Assembly: GCF_009914755.1 (NCBI RefSeq)
Contig: NC_060932.1
Length of the DNA stretch: 64,000 bases
Direction: 5' to 3' (one strand)
Origin: the human T2T-CHM13v2.0 reference genome, Homo sapiens
The position numbers were made by a program, and so were the translations under genes. The notes beneath the pieces were generated by a model. That model had not been told where the DNA came from. It did no database searches and worked only from the letters and a program-made list of their open reading frames with translations. This document shows, in pieces, positions 13,058 to 26,619 of this stretch; the stretch's first letter is position 1, and each line of letters starts with the position of its first letter.

Positions 13058-13937
13058 AAATTTACGAGACTAAATAAAACATGGATGTACTTCGGTCCCT
13101 GGCCACCAGTTTGCAGCTGAGGGAGTCCAGCTGAAAGTAACTGAGTTGTGAAGAAAGGTTATAACTACAACTTATCCAGTGGAATTCCAACAAGTTAGTG
13201 ACAATGTTAATTGTCAATGTTAATTGAGGGGTCTTGCCTCTCAATCTAGGACTACGTTTTATGCAGAGAAATTATCCCAAAATTTCTCTTCGGTGTTCAA
13301 TTTATTTTGTTAAAAAATTTTAGGTAAAATATTTTCCCCCTGGATTTAATGGCTGAATCTTACAGAATCTAAGTGACTTTTCTAAGGATGCACAGATAAG
13401 GAGAAACATAGATACGTCTAGAAAGTTGCCTGGTATTCCTTCTAATCTCTCATAGTGAGTGTCATGTAGGTAAGAAAATGAAACCTGATTATCAAGAGTC
13501 CTTGGTGTGTACTTTAAGCAGTTTTCATGCTGTAGCTCAGGCCATGAGACCAGGAGCCATAAGCCATGTCTGGATGCAAGTGAAGCCTTTGCCGAGCTAT
13601 GCCTATGCATCCACAGAAGAGGCCTAGGGTATGACTGAGGTTTCTTGCTCCTAAAGAAATAGTGACAGCATATTAGGCAGATAAGAGTGTACTGCCTGAA
13701 ATCTCTACCAGCATCCAACCTTCAGTGATTCTAATACTCATTCAAGTTCATTTTTAAAGTCCAATTCCAGACAATTCCATGCTGCATCAAATCCTTGTCA
13801 TCCTTGAAGTCAGCGATCATAACACATATTCATAATTAGAAAACATAATTAGAGCTTAAAATGTATGAAGGGATTATATAGGAGATAAGGAGATATACAT
13901 ATATTATACAATATGCATTATATATGTGTATATATAC

Positions 13938-14296
13938 ACATTTGATTTCTCATTGCTAACTTGGCTGTGAAGACATTTTACAATATGCCTTTTATATATT
14001 TATACATATAAATGTATATTTAATATTTACATATTTACTATATATTATTATATATTCATTCTTTATAAATATATAAAAGGCCTATTCATAATATATTATA
14101 AATATATCACTTATAAAAAATCTTATTTATAAAATAGATTTATAAGTGATTATACATAAATAATTAAATATAACTACATATTTATAAATGATTAAATAAA
14201 TATAATTATAAATAATTTATAAAATATATTATAAAAATATAAAAAGCATATTGTAAAATGTCTTCACAGTCAAGCTAGCAAGTAGAAATCAAATGT
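13938..14296. repeat. Long inverted repeat: 60 bp arms around a ~240 bp AT-rich spacer
   Basis: 13938-13997 is the reverse complement of 14237-14296 with 5 mismatches; spacer almost all A/T with nested inverted repeats. Confidence 0.95.
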
Positions 14297-15089
14297 CTCA
14301 TGCGCCATGGACTGAGATGGCCTGGCCTCCCTTGAGAGAATGAACACAGGAAAAGTGAGAGCTATAATGCAGAGGAGGATTTGATTAAAGACAAAACAAT
14401 TACTAAGATATAACCGCAAAATCACAGTGATGACCAGAATTAGTTTAACAATAGTAGGACAAAGAAGAATGATATTGGTTCCCACTCTCATGGTCCCCAT
14501 CCCTCTTCCATCATCTGGGATCTCGTTCTATCACTGCCATTTTGTGTGCAACACTTCTTCAGAATCGCTTGGATCACATCCTGGTCCTGATTTCCTTGGT
14601 ATACGTTTGTGATATGTACTTAACCTGCACTTGCTCCAATGTTGTCTTGCAATGAGTCTCTTCTTTTTTTTTATTCCTGATTAATTTTGGCCCTGGGGCA
14701 AAGAGCCTTGGCCTTCTCTACAAGGCAGCCCAGAAATCCAGGGCAGCCTGCTGAGCAGCCTCCTGATTCAATCTGACATTGAGATACAGCTGGAAAGCAA
14801 AGACCGTATCTCAAACTTGCTTGAGTAAGTTAGGTGTCCACATCCTTAAATCAGAGTGACTTAACACCGAAAGAACGTGCTTTCCTCTGTAGACGTTTCC
14901 ACACTGGATAAATCAACGTGAAAAGTTTTTATTTTTTTTTAGAGGAGGGCGGCTTACAGTCTTGGCAAGTGAGCCTTAGGTGTACAACCCTTCATCTGGG
15001 TTCTCTCTGTCTCCATCTTTTATCTTTTTTTAACAGCTATCATCTTTTTTTTTTTTTTTTTTCCTCTCTGCATTCTCCAATCTCTGTGT

Positions 15090-15310
15090 TTGGCAGAGTG
15101 AAAAGGACATGATCTTTAGAGACATACAAACCCAGGATGGATTTCCAGCTTAACCACCTACATGGTCTTGGATAATATTTTCAACCTTTATAAAATATAG
15201 AAAATAGTAGATACATGACATGTTTTTGTGTGCCTGTGTGTGAATTACGTGTGCCCAGTCTGCAGGGCATCTAGCACACTGCAAGTGTTTCCTTGAACTA
15301 AATATCATTT
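15090..15310 (+). mobile_element. MIR
   Basis: gagtgaaaaggacatgatctttagagacatacaaacccaggatggatttccagcttaaccacc...cttggataatattttcaacc. Confidence 0.65.
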
Positions 15311-15329
15311 TAATTATATTCTTATGGTT

Positions 15330-15660
15330 GTTGTTTTCTCTTTCTGGTTGCTCTCATTCCCTTTTCCTCCTATGGTATCTCCTTTCTTTGCACACCTCTG
15401 TTTGGTTTGCAATCTCTCTTTTTGTCAATCTTAACTCACAGAAGAACTTTTTCTCTCTGTTTCTTCTCCTTTTTCTCCTCCTAGAGCTTTGGGTAGGTTA
15501 TTTGTTGTCCTCTCCCTGTTCCTCTTCCCTTCCTTGGTTTCTCCTTTCTTTCTTTACTTCTTACAACACTGCCGTATTTCTCCTTCTTTGCCCACTGTGT
15601 ATTCTTCCTTTTGTCTCCTTCTGCAAAATTTTCTCTTTCGCTGTTGGTCTTTTGATATAG
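15330..15660 (+). repeat. Pyrimidine-rich low-complexity region
   Basis: Strong C/T skew; produces the spurious Leu/Phe/Ser-rich ORFs in the track. Confidence 0.7.
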
Positions 15661-16439
15661 TGTGCCCCATCTGTCATGACTGTTTTTGCCTCCTTTGAAA
15701 ATGTTACTTTGCTCCTTCATACCTTACTTTTACAGTCTCTGGTCTGTGCTTTCTGTTCATTTGGTGCTTACCACCTTTCATTATTTGCCTCACACTGTCT
15801 ATATTTTACAATTCTACTTATTTCTCTTCCTTTCAGACTTAGCCCCTTCCCATTAAAATGCCCTAATACACTCAATCTGCATAATGAAACTGGGGCTTTG
15901 TTTTTTGGAGAATGACACATGGTACCTTTCTTTAGTTTTCATTGACCTTGATCTGCCCTTGGATGATCTACAAGCTGCCATTCCATTTGCATGAGTCAAG
16001 TCTATGTTGGTTTGTTGCTCGTGCTCCACAACATTGCTTCTCAGTGCGATTTCATATTTTACGCACTATGAATATCATGCCCAGAAGCTCACAATCTTTC
16101 ATTGCAACAAAGCAAGTGACACAAATAGAATTTGCTACAGAAGAAAATAAACCTAAAAGCAGGTCACTGTTGAATTAATAACAAAAGGTCAAAAATCTTG
16201 TGGGAGAAAGAGAAAAACATGTAGGCTTGGAAATACAAAACATTACTTGGCACCTTCTTGATGAAGGTCACATACCTAATAAAATATCAACTTCATTTTG
16301 TTTATGAAAAGACTGATACTCAGTAGTATTTTGTCCAGAACCTCATCAATTGCTGGTAAGTGAATAAGTTGGAATTCGGATCTATACTTTTCTACCTTCA
16401 CTTCTGAGTAGATGGACTAATTGTGGCAGGCCATCACTA

Positions 16440-17260
16440 ATACTGCAACAAATGCAGATATATAGAAATAGAGACAAATTATAAAATTCATATTTTTACA
16501 ATTATTCTAAACTTGTGGAAGCAGAGCAATGGGAATGAAAATTCCAGAGCAGAATGAACCATTTTGAGATGAGCTAAGTCCTTCCGCTGTTTTTCTTGAA
16601 GGCATGTGCTGATGTAGAATATGGGCTAAAGATTGGTTTTCCATCAAGAAAGCACATCCACTTCCATGCTGCATCACAGAGAAAGATTTTAAAACAGTTA
16701 TTAAAAACAGAAAAATGACATCTTAAAAGAAAATTCAAATAGATAGTGTAGACACCAAACTACAATACCTACAATTAAGTACTAATTGGATGAAAAGATA
16801 AAGAAAGATAAATCAAAAATATCCAAATTGAAACATGAAAGCAAGAAAATTAAATTAGCAAAACAGTACAGATGAGACATAAGTGACATATTTGAATGTT
16901 CTCATGTTTGTGTTGAACAGGGGTCAGAAACAGAATTTGAAGATATAATGTCCAGAAATGTTCAAAAAGTGATAAAACATATTAATCCATAAGTTTAAGA
17001 AGCTTAGAAAAAATATCTTGTAGAAATACACAGGAAAAACCTCACCTTGGTCCATCCCAATCACACTGCTAAAATGAAAGATAATAAGAATAATTATAAA
17101 ATTAGCTGGAAAAAAAAGAGAAAAAAAGCACATTATCAGGACAACAATAACGCTGATGGCCAACCTAGCAATGATAACAACTTAGATGGAAGCCAGAGAA
17201 GCAGAGAAAAATGCCTTTAAACATGAAAAGAGCATATCAACACAAAATTCTAAACACAGA
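16440..17260 (+). mobile_element. Old L1M/HAL1 5' and ORF1-region remnant
   Basis: A-rich sense strand with ORF1-type motifs: atttgaagatataatgtccagaaatgttc, atcacactgctaaaatgaaagataa, atggaagccagaga, tcaacacaaaattcta; reading frame destroyed. Confidence 0.75.
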
Positions 17261-17715
17261 CACTATATTCAACTGATTAAAACTATGAAGTTTGGGAAAT
17301 ACCATTTTTTTCTTTATTTTGTGAAGGATATTTTGTGTCTTTTGTGGCCTAATCCCTGGGTTGTTGTCAGCACATGGGACAGGTCTCTAAGGAGAGAGTA
17401 CAGACTCTTCTCTTTTATCAAACCTTCACTTTCTGTCTTCCCCAAGAGGAATAGATACAAGTGTGGTCTGTCAGATTAAAAGTACTGATTTGGCCACATG
17501 TAGAGTTACTGGAGTTTCAGTAATCGAAAAGGTGACACATGTAAATAAGCCTTTTCTTCTTCCTTTTCCAAGATTATTTTTTGTCCTGCACCTCAGCTGA
17601 AAAAGTAGTGTGTAGTCTCAAGACCTGCCTTCTGAACAACTGAGCACTCAACTCCTCCTTCCTTTCTTCCATGTTGCCAGAGAGAGGAGAGTACATTCTG
17701 AAACTGTTGGGTTGA

Positions 17716-18112
17716 TGGCAGAGTTCAGATATCCCTTCTGAATCTCCCGTTGAGATATAATCCCCAGTGTTGGAGGTAGGGCCTGGTGGGAGGTATATTG
17801 GTCATGAGAGAGGATCCCTCATGGCTTGGTGCTGTCCTAGCGATGGTGAGTGAACTCTCACAAGACTTGGTTGTTTCCAAGTATGTGACACCTTCCCATG
17901 TCTCTTGCTCCCACTCTCACCATGTGAGATACCTGCTCCCCCTTTGCCTTCCACAATGATTGTAAGCTTCCTGAGGCCTCATCAGAAGCAGAGCAGATGC
18001 CAACACCATGCTTCCTGTAAAGCCTGCAAAACTATAAGCCAGTCACACCTCTTTTCTTTGTAAATTACTCAGCATCAGGTATTTCTTTATAGCAATACAA
18101 GAACCTAAAACA
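17716..18112 (+). mobile_element. MaLR solo LTR, MSTB-like
   Basis: aatccccagtgttggaggtagggcctggtgggagg ... gattgtaagcttcctgaggcctc...tcaggtatttctttatagcaa; TG...CA ends; 5 bp TSD GTTGA at 17711-17715 and 18113-18117. Confidence 0.92.
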
Positions 18113-21100
18113 GTTGAATGTCTTGAGTAAAAGATACGCTTTCCCTTCACAAACAATTAAAATACAAGCAAGAAGAAAAAAGGAAGGTAGCAAGCATTAC
18201 AATGTCTCATGGAGGAACTTAGAAGTTGAATTGTTTTCCTTTGCGAAAAGATTCACAAATATAAATATTAGAATTAAGCCATCAACTTCAGTTTCAAAGA
18301 AATCAGCAGAGCAGGGCACAGAGCTGGAAAGGGGAGCTGGGACCTACAGGAGCTAGTGGACAATTGAGATTAATTCCCTAGTTGAAGTGAGAAAACAGGT
18401 TGAGTACGTGTTTCACCATGTGTGGTGTGCACAGCAGGGACATTGCAGGCCAAGGCCAGGGAGACTGGCCACCTCTCAGGGACTGTGATTGACAAGATCT
18501 ATTCAACACATTGGGATTTTTTTTGTGTAGTACATGGGATTGGTCTCCCAGAATAAAATATAGACTCTTTTCTTTCATTCAATTCTTTTTTGCAGTTTTA
18601 GGAGGAAAGTGTTTCTAAGCATTTCGCTTGATTGCTTGCTTATTTGTGTTTTCCTCTAGGGGAGGGATAACAGATAAAATCTATATATAAATGATCTCAC
18701 ATATTTTATTTTGTAAACCTCTTTCTATAACCTCATGTTAAGATTTCTTCCTAGGAGAGGACCATGGTGTGTTAATAGTCTAATAATTGCATATTTTCAA
18801 ATAAGCTCAATGTCTGTGCCAAGTGATGTGGGATTTTCATCGTATCAATGTGGCCCTTTCACAGGGTTTAGTTTGCATGTGTTACCTCCAAATGATAAGC
18901 TGGGATGAAGACACAAACATTCACTGGGGGACAGTAGAATCAAGGGAGGGAATGGGATTGGAGTATAAGTATATGAGAAAATCAGAGAGGATCTGGGAGA
19001 ATCTTGGAAGGAAGGCATTTATTAGTAACAGTCTGTCATCTATTCAACACAACCACAGCAGCAGTCTAGTTATAAAGTCAGATGTATATTCAGAGAAAGC
19101 TAAGACCAAAAAAATGCATCGAAATTAATAATTTCCAACTCAACCTCTGAAGCCTGAATCAAGTGGGATCATCTGAACTACGTGGGAATTACTATATAGC
19201 AATTTATTTGGCCTGCTGTAGAAAAAGACCAAAGTCTTTATTCCCACTCTTATTTCCTTTAGGCCACCAGTCCCTGAGTTGACTTATAATAGTGAAGAAG
19301 TACATCTTGCAACTGGAAGAAGGCTTCAGCCCTAATAAGTACATCAGCCCTTTAGAAAAGAGAAGTCAACATCAGGATTGTGTGGAGTATGTCATACGGA
19401 TGCAAAAGAAGTCAAACTTTTCTAGGCCTGCCAGAAGCCCTATTATACCAGAAACCTGGCCTTGGCCAATATCTGTGTTTGTCTCTATCATTGATGGAGG
19501 AAAGCAGACAAGAACTCTGAGATCATTGAGAGGTCAGCATGTGACAGCTTGTCATAACCTTAGGGACATACCTGTTTCTCTTTTCTTGGACTTTAGAGCA
19601 CTTTGAATTTGTATCTTACAGATATCTTCTCCCTTAGAGTTCCTTGTTTTTTCACATCTCCAACATAAGTGGTTTTAAACATGGTGGACCATGAGGTTAC
19701 TTTCCAGTTCTTTGATGCTACAGACGCAAAATAATTTAGTGTGGAAGAATTTGTGGTATCTCTAGAAGGGGTACGTGGAATGGAAGATAGAATTTTTCTC
19801 CCCAAAATAGAATTTGATAAATTGCTGAACCAAAGAAACAAAATGACAGTCACACTCAGATACCACTGGGAGCATGAAATTTGAATCAAGGTTTTCTTTT
19901 TAGTTTTTTATCTCCAAAAGATTAATCTGCTACTGCAGATAGGTATTGATTGTGAGGTCAGCCAAGATTATAATTCTCTAGACTATGTTCTTATATGCCT
20001 GCGTTACAGAGACAGAAAAAAACATCTTCAGTGAATATCAGTGAATTATGATAATATATGAGATGTTATCTTTTTATCTATTTTCAATACTTGAGTGAGC
20101 CCATATCTATGTTTATTACTTCCTAGGAGAGCAGTGCATTCATATTCCTGTGTACAATACACATCTTCTCCAGGCTATTTGTTCACCACCTCTGCAACTG
20201 GCCTTAGTTTGCCAAAGTCTAATAATGTGGCCAGAAATGAAGATCTTTATCTATTAGGACTCTCCTTTACCTGGTCTGTGAGCAGTTTAAAATAATCCTT
20301 GTAGTATATTAGAGTAAGATTTGGTGTTAGTCTTCCTGTCTCAGACCATTTTTGTCTGTGGTAAAACATTAGGTGTGCATATGCCCAGAACAACATTCTT
20401 CCCCTATAAATCCTAGATTTGTCATTGATTACAGGATTTGTTCTCCCCCTTGGATCTAAAATTGAACTCTAATTACCCACTGGTAGAGAAGTTCTGTCCT
20501 ACATCTCAGTCTACATGACCGGGGCTTTAATATACTGCAGTGCAGTGCCTAGGATCTCTGCTTAGGGGGTTGGATGTCCCAGGATTGGCAGTTGTGGTGG
20601 GCTGGGTGGGTTCCGTGTTAACTTAAACTGACCTCCTGATGTAGAGCCTATGGGAAATTAGCTACTAAGTTGTAACAAATATCTTCACCCTGACACTCCT
20701 ATTGCTAAAGCCTTCGTTCAGCAGAGCATACCCATCAAATACCACAACAAGTCTCAACCAATTAATTACATTCTATTGGTTACTGCTATCCATTCAGTTG
20801 TCTCTGTCTTTGTGAGTCAGCCTCATCACTAAGCAAGGGTGTTCGGAATGCCCCATTTGATCCTAGAAAATCAACATCAGCTTGTGAATACTTTATTCTA
20901 GGCTCTACTTATCATAAACCTTGAATCTATATGTATTATAACTTCAAGGTTTATGCATGTGGGAATATGTTAATCCTTTATCTTCATTTATCTTTCTCTG
21001 GATGTGTTTCTTTAACAAGATTCTTCATAAACACATAAAAGTCTCACTTGCTGTATGTCACTGTAATTTTGGAAATCCTAAATATGGGGATGGCTTCAGT

Positions 21101-21319
21101 GATGCTGATCCTTAAAAGATATGGAAATTCTCTGGAGACCAATAACAAAACTATAAGTTTACTCTTTCCCATCTGGACATCAGGCATTTCTATTATGTTG
21201 CCTCTTCTGCAACTAAGCCTGGAATTAGCCTTTGCACTCGGAAAGTCTTATTGATACTGGGGATGCATTTGAGCATTATTGCTAAGAGATAAGGAGATGT
21301 CAGTGGAGTGTCCTTACTG

Positions 21320-21515
21320 AGTATTAGGATTAGAGGAAGAGGATAATGGTTATTTCTGATACTTCTTACGTGAATTAGCTAAGACCTTAGGTTAATGATA
21401 TCATTTCATTGGTCTTTTTTTTTCCAGATATAACTTAAAAATAAAATATGTTTTGCACATAGCTATTTTTAAGATCAAATGAGGAAATATATCTGGACAC
21501 ACTGAAAATTCTAAA
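21320..21515 (+). mobile_element. MIR
   Basis: agctaagaccttagg...aagatcaaatgaggaaatatatctggacacactg. Confidence 0.6.
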
Positions 21516-21584
21516 ATTCAGCCCCCAAATGAATGACATTAAGCAGTTATCTCATGTTAATTTGCATTAAAATGTCTGCTTCAG

Positions 21585-21700
21585 CCACTAAATTGTGAGC
21601 TTCTTAAGTATAGAGATAATGTCTTATTCATCAACACATCTCCAACACTTAAACAGTACCATAGTGTTAATATTAATTTATTTGTGTATTTATTAATCAA
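21585..21700 (+). mobile_element. L2 3' terminus
   Basis: ctaaattgtgagcttcttaagtatagagataatgtcttattcatc...tccaacacttaaacagt. Confidence 0.7.
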
Positions 21701-22329
21701 TTAGCATGTATCATATATTTACTATATTCCAGCCACTTTGATCATCCAGTCAATGCTTATTAGATATATAGGTGTAATTGAAAATATTTTCCAAGACTTT
21801 TGAAGGAGAAAGGTGAGAAAAGAAGTTTGGGATTTCTGAGCAGTGCATATTGATTTTGTACTTTTATTTTTGTCTGATCTTTCTATTTTCTGAGACTGGA
21901 ATTCATTCTCGTCAATCAACCACAGCTGGGGATACTTAGTAAATAAGCAACTCTAACTACATCATTTTGGTGCTAGCATGAAGATCCAGATCTGATATTC
22001 CTGCTATTTACCCGACAGAAACTAGGTGCCCTAGTTCTGATAACTAAGCCTCTCTCTCCCTGGCTCCCTCCCCGCACCTTTTTTTTCTTTTTGCCCTTAC
22101 ATGCCCCCAAGGATCTTGGTTATATTACTGTTTTGCTGCCTTGGGTTTTATTCTCAGTTATATCTGTAATAGCTTACCATTATGCCTACAAGTGAATGGA
22201 GTTGGTTTTGCTATTTCATCTTCCAGCTGAAATGTCATCACCTTAAACCTACAGTTTAAATGTGCTCCTTTGTGATAACGATAAAGTGGAAAAAACGAGT
22301 GTAGTTGTGTGTTTTTATTTAATTTTTAT

Positions 22330-22595
22330 TATTCTAACTGACATGTATTATTCCTATGTGTACCAGTCACTATACTCATATGTGCACTATTTCATTTAAT
22401 CATCCTAATAACCCTAAGAAAATGTAACTAGGGACTAGCATCATCATCAGCAGCAGCAGCAGCTCATCTCCACCTTTTTAGGTAAGGAATTCAGGAAATT
22501 TAAATACTCCTAGTGTTCCAAGGCATTTGAGTGAAAAAGCTACACTTGAGGTCAGACTTGCCTAAATCCAAACTCCCTTCTTTTGGCCATTGTAT
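22330..22595 (-). mobile_element. MIR containing a (CAT)3(CAG)5 microsatellite at 22439-22462
   Basis: tatttcatttaatcatcctaataacccta ... gtcagacttgcctaaatccaaa; trinucleotide tract directly visible. Confidence 0.7.
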
Positions 22596-23637
22596 GTTTT
22601 ATTTTTAAATTGTTCATAATCTCTGTCTCTGAAGCTCTATCATCCTGTTGCTTGAATGAGACATCACTTCCCCTCTAAACAGGCCTCAATCATTGGCCAA
22701 GTAAAGAAACAAAGCCATCTTTATGTATCAGGTTATCAGTCTCTGTCACTTTGCCTACAATTAGTTGCTTCTTGTGTTCACTGTTGGTTTTGTCTCGCGC
22801 TGCTAGAAGATATGGGCACAATCAACCAAGTTCTGAGACATAGTCTTTTAGTGAGCCATTATGTAAAGAAGAAAAAGAACAGAACATCCATTTTCCCTGA
22901 GTTTGCTGGATAAATTACTAATAAAAGTAATTCTATCAAAATTGCAGTCTCAGAGCTGAATTGTATCTGGGAAAAATTGAATAATCACAAAGAAAGGCTG
23001 AATTGCGTGATTGAAATCCACATGGTCATTCTATTTTAGGTCAGAGTTTAGTAAATTTCATCAGCTCTTTGAAACTGAAACTGTTCTTGTCTTCAGTGCC
23101 CTCATGTTTTTTTTTAGAAGATACAGACTTTCTGGATGTCGACAAAGAGGGGGTGAAAATAATAAGCATGGAGAGTTGTATGAAGAAGAAAGAAGAACTT
23201 GCATCAATCAGATGGAGCACTTGGCCAACAAAGCATTTGTATCAGCAAATGAAAATCTTATTCAGGATCCAATAGATGTAACCCATAAATGTTTAATCCA
23301 CAAAGAAGAAAACAAATTTGATTTGAATTGGGAAGGATTTTTTTTTTTGCCAAGTGCAGCAGTCTCTAGACATTCACAGATAAATTCATAGTTAGCAAGT
23401 TTGGATTTTCATAAATTCCCCATGCAATTTATAAATCATTTTAATATAATGGTATCTTCACCACTTACATCTTTATTCACCAGTCTCCTCAATGAGAAGA
23501 TCTACTTTCCAGTGCAAGCTACATATCTGATTATTGGTGCGTCTTTAAGTAAAGCACAACTTTTCTGGAACTCAGCTATAAAATTGGTTCATAATTTATG
23601 TATAGATATATGGAAACCTTTTAAGGTACTTTAGAGA

Positions 23638-23974
23638 CGGGATTGACAAACTTTTTCTATAACGGACCATATAGCACATATTTTAAGCTTTAAAAGACAG
23701 GCAGTCTCTAGCACAACCACTTAACTCTCTCATTATAACATGGAAACAGCCACAGATAATATGTAAATAAATAAGTATGCCTATGCTCCAATCATGCTTT
23801 TTTAAAGGAAACTAAAATGTGAATTTTATATAATTATCATTTGTCACAAATCGTGCTCTTCTTTTGATTTTTAAAAACATTTCAAAATATAATGGTCATT
23901 CTTATTTTGTGAGAACCATGCAAAAAATGTGGCAGGCCATATTTATCCAGTGGGCCATAGCTTACTTACTTCTG
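23638..23974 (+). mobile_element. MER58B (hAT-Charlie non-autonomous element)
   Basis: caaactttttctataacggaccatatagcacatattttaagcttt ... gaattttatataattatcatttgtcacaaa ... tgggccatagcttacttacttctg; length about 340 bp. Confidence 0.85.
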
Positions 23975-24594
23975 CCCTATAGGCTTATATTTGTAAATGT
24001 ACATGAAACTTAGATGTATGTAAAAAAAAGATAAAATTTCAAATGAGAAATTAAAATTAAGATGATATTTTATGATCACAAGTAAAAAAATCATCTAGTC
24101 TGGTTTGTTTTTGGCTGAGCCAATTTTTAAAAATTAATAGGCAGACAAATATTCTAACAAGGGCCACTCTAAAAATATGTAATACAAACATTATCTAGCT
24201 GCAAAAAAAAATCTATTTTTATGAGGCAAGAAGTTGAGGAAAAAATCTTCAATCACCTATTTAAGTAGAAATATGATTTTCTTACTCTTATATGACAAGG
24301 AAAGTCATAGATCATAATGGAGTATGCCTCAGGAAGTAGGCATAGTGTTTTTTTTCAATCTTTTTTGCTGATTCTCTTCTGGTATAAAATGTGTTGAAAA
24401 TATGTAATTCAAGAATAGATGTGGAATTAATTAATGAACCTCTATAAAAATAAAAGTATATGTTTATATTTTTTTCTACTATGAAAACTACTCAGTTGAA
24501 CTCAAAGAAGAACTTTCTGTTTTTAGCTGTTAGAAGAATACATTCTAAATTTAGCAATCAGGAAAAAATGTGAATCTTAGATGATTCAAATTTA

Positions 24595-24747
24595 ATCCAT
24601 ATTTACTGACTGCTATTGATCAGCCAGATGATATGCTAAAGTCTTAATACCCAAAATCTTATTTAATCTTTATAATGCCTTTTGTTGTAAATTCTAATGT
24701 TTCGATTTTATAGATAAACATTAAGTCCAGAAAGTTTTATTAACTTG
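24595..24747 (-). mobile_element. MIR fragment
   Basis: atttactgactgcta...tcttatttaatc...attttatagataaacattaagtccagaaag. Confidence 0.65.
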
Positions 24748-24984
24748 TGATTGCTCCCTTAATTTTGCACTTTCCTGCCCACAACATAAAGAGCCTACAC
24801 ACAGAGATGAATCCCTATAAAAAGGTGTTAATTGAAAAAGGAAACAAGAGAAACACAATTTGTGGATGCCCACTGCAAGCAAGGTATTATGGGAGCATAT
24901 TCATTCATCAATTTACTCCTTCACTCATAGAGAATCTTCGCTGTGGCAGTGCACATCAAATTTGGTTTGACCCTCACGATGTAA

Positions 24985-25170
24985 GTATATATTATCCTGA
25001 TCCTTCAACAGCCTTGCAAACTAGGGGTTATTACCTCTGTTTAACAAATGAGAAAACTAAGACATGGATTTAGGAGCTCAGGGTCATAGTGCCAGTCAGT
25101 GTTGGATTCAAGATTTGAACCTTCGTTTGTTTGACTTAAGAAACTGTTCATTTCACACCACGCTGCCTCT
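24985..25170 (-). mobile_element. MIR
   Basis: tgtttaacaaatgagaaaactaagac...ggtcatag...agatttgaacc...cacaccacgctgcctct. Confidence 0.8.
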
Positions 25171-26179
25171 AATGCCAGAGAAATAACAGATCCTTTCATC
25201 AAATGTCTTCAGCTGCTTCTCTACACTTTTAGCTCTCTGTTTATTTGTGCTCTGACAATGAAAAGAAAGGAGGAAAATTCCACCATTCCTAGAAGGCACC
25301 TAGTTTCCTGATGATTTTGCAAATAGTTTTCTTTGTTTCAGAAGTATATCTATAATGGAGAGGCTATGGATGCTTGACATGAATTGGAAGTAGATTTTTA
25401 TTTGTTTGAAATTATTACACCACTCTTTCTTGACATTTGCCGTTAATTATTCACTAGGAAATAGAGAAATATGTCAACACAACATTTGTCACTGGTTATT
25501 TAGAGGCTCAGGTTGACAGATCTTGGCAGAATCTTTGAAAGATGTATCTGACATGATTGCTTTCAGGCTCCTTATTTATTTTACGTTCTCAAGACTGTAA
25601 AATAAAATAAAATCTTCTGCTAGTGAGATAGCTACTCACAACAAAGACACATGTTTAGGACAAGGTTAGCAGTCTTGCCACTCTGATTGGAAAAGCAGGT
25701 GGTCATCAAAAAGGGAGTGAAACTGCTACATTTCAGGGCTGATGGAAATTTTAAGAGGAGCAAATTAGAGGATAAATGTAATCATTACATATTTCTTTAC
25801 CATTCCCTACCAAAAAAGAATGGCCACCCTATATCAATTTGTCCTATAAGTGATAGGTTATATCACAAAATGTAAAATAAAGTTTAAAAAATACTACCAT
25901 GACATTATAAGCTCTCTTCTGTCACAACTCCTATCTTACCAAGCTTGGACTTTCCCCCTCTCATTAAGTTTCTTGTGTCCTGCGTCTATTAAAGCTACTC
26001 TATTCTGAGGCAGCTGCTGAAATCACATTGTTTTCAGTTCCAGCTTTGAATGCAAGTCCTGGTCCTACTCTTACTGACTGAGTGAAATTGGTCTACTCAT
26101 GTAACCTCCCAGATTCATTTTCTTTCTTACTTTTTTGAATTCACAAATGGGTGTTTAAGTAACTTATTCCTCTCCTCAA

Positions 26180-26510
26180 AATGACCTAACCTATTAAAAA
26201 AAATCAAAGTCCTAATCACCGTCCCTAAATTCTTACATAATCTTTTTTTCTAATTTACCCTCAGTCTATCACCCCCTGTTTTTGTTTTTCTCTGCTCTAC
26301 CAACGCTGGCCTTCATGCTATTTCTGGAAAACGCCAAGCACGCTCTGTCTCAGGGTCATTAGAACAATGACGTTCTCCACTGCCTGGAGCTCTCTTTTCT
26401 CCCACATTCTCATCATGTCCTCTACTAACTCTATGAGGGGTATGTTCAAATGTTACCATGTTAGCGAGGCCATCCCCATCTATCCCACCCAAACTGTTCC
26501 ACTTCCCCAC
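26180..26510 (+). mobile_element. L2a fragment
   Basis: aaatcaaagtcct...ctggccttcatgctatttctggaaaacgccaagcacgctctgtctcagggtc...tgcctggagctctctt. Confidence 0.8.
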
Positions 26511-26619
26511 CTGGCAGTTGTTAGCATCCTTGGCTCCTGACAATGGAAGTCCATGACAGCAGGGGCCATTGAGAAAGCAGATGCACAGGGGAGGAAGGGT
26601 TTTTAGTGGGAACAGTCTG

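Noticed and set aside
14943-14968. Possible 26 nt micro-exon (t9-ag|...CAA|gtgagc)
   Set aside because: Not a multiple of three, no supporting context; such signal pairs are frequent by chance (same for 60374-60401)
15328-15915. Hydrophobic, membrane-protein-like ORFs
   Set aside because: Consequence of pyrimidine-rich low complexity (Leu/Phe/Ser codons)
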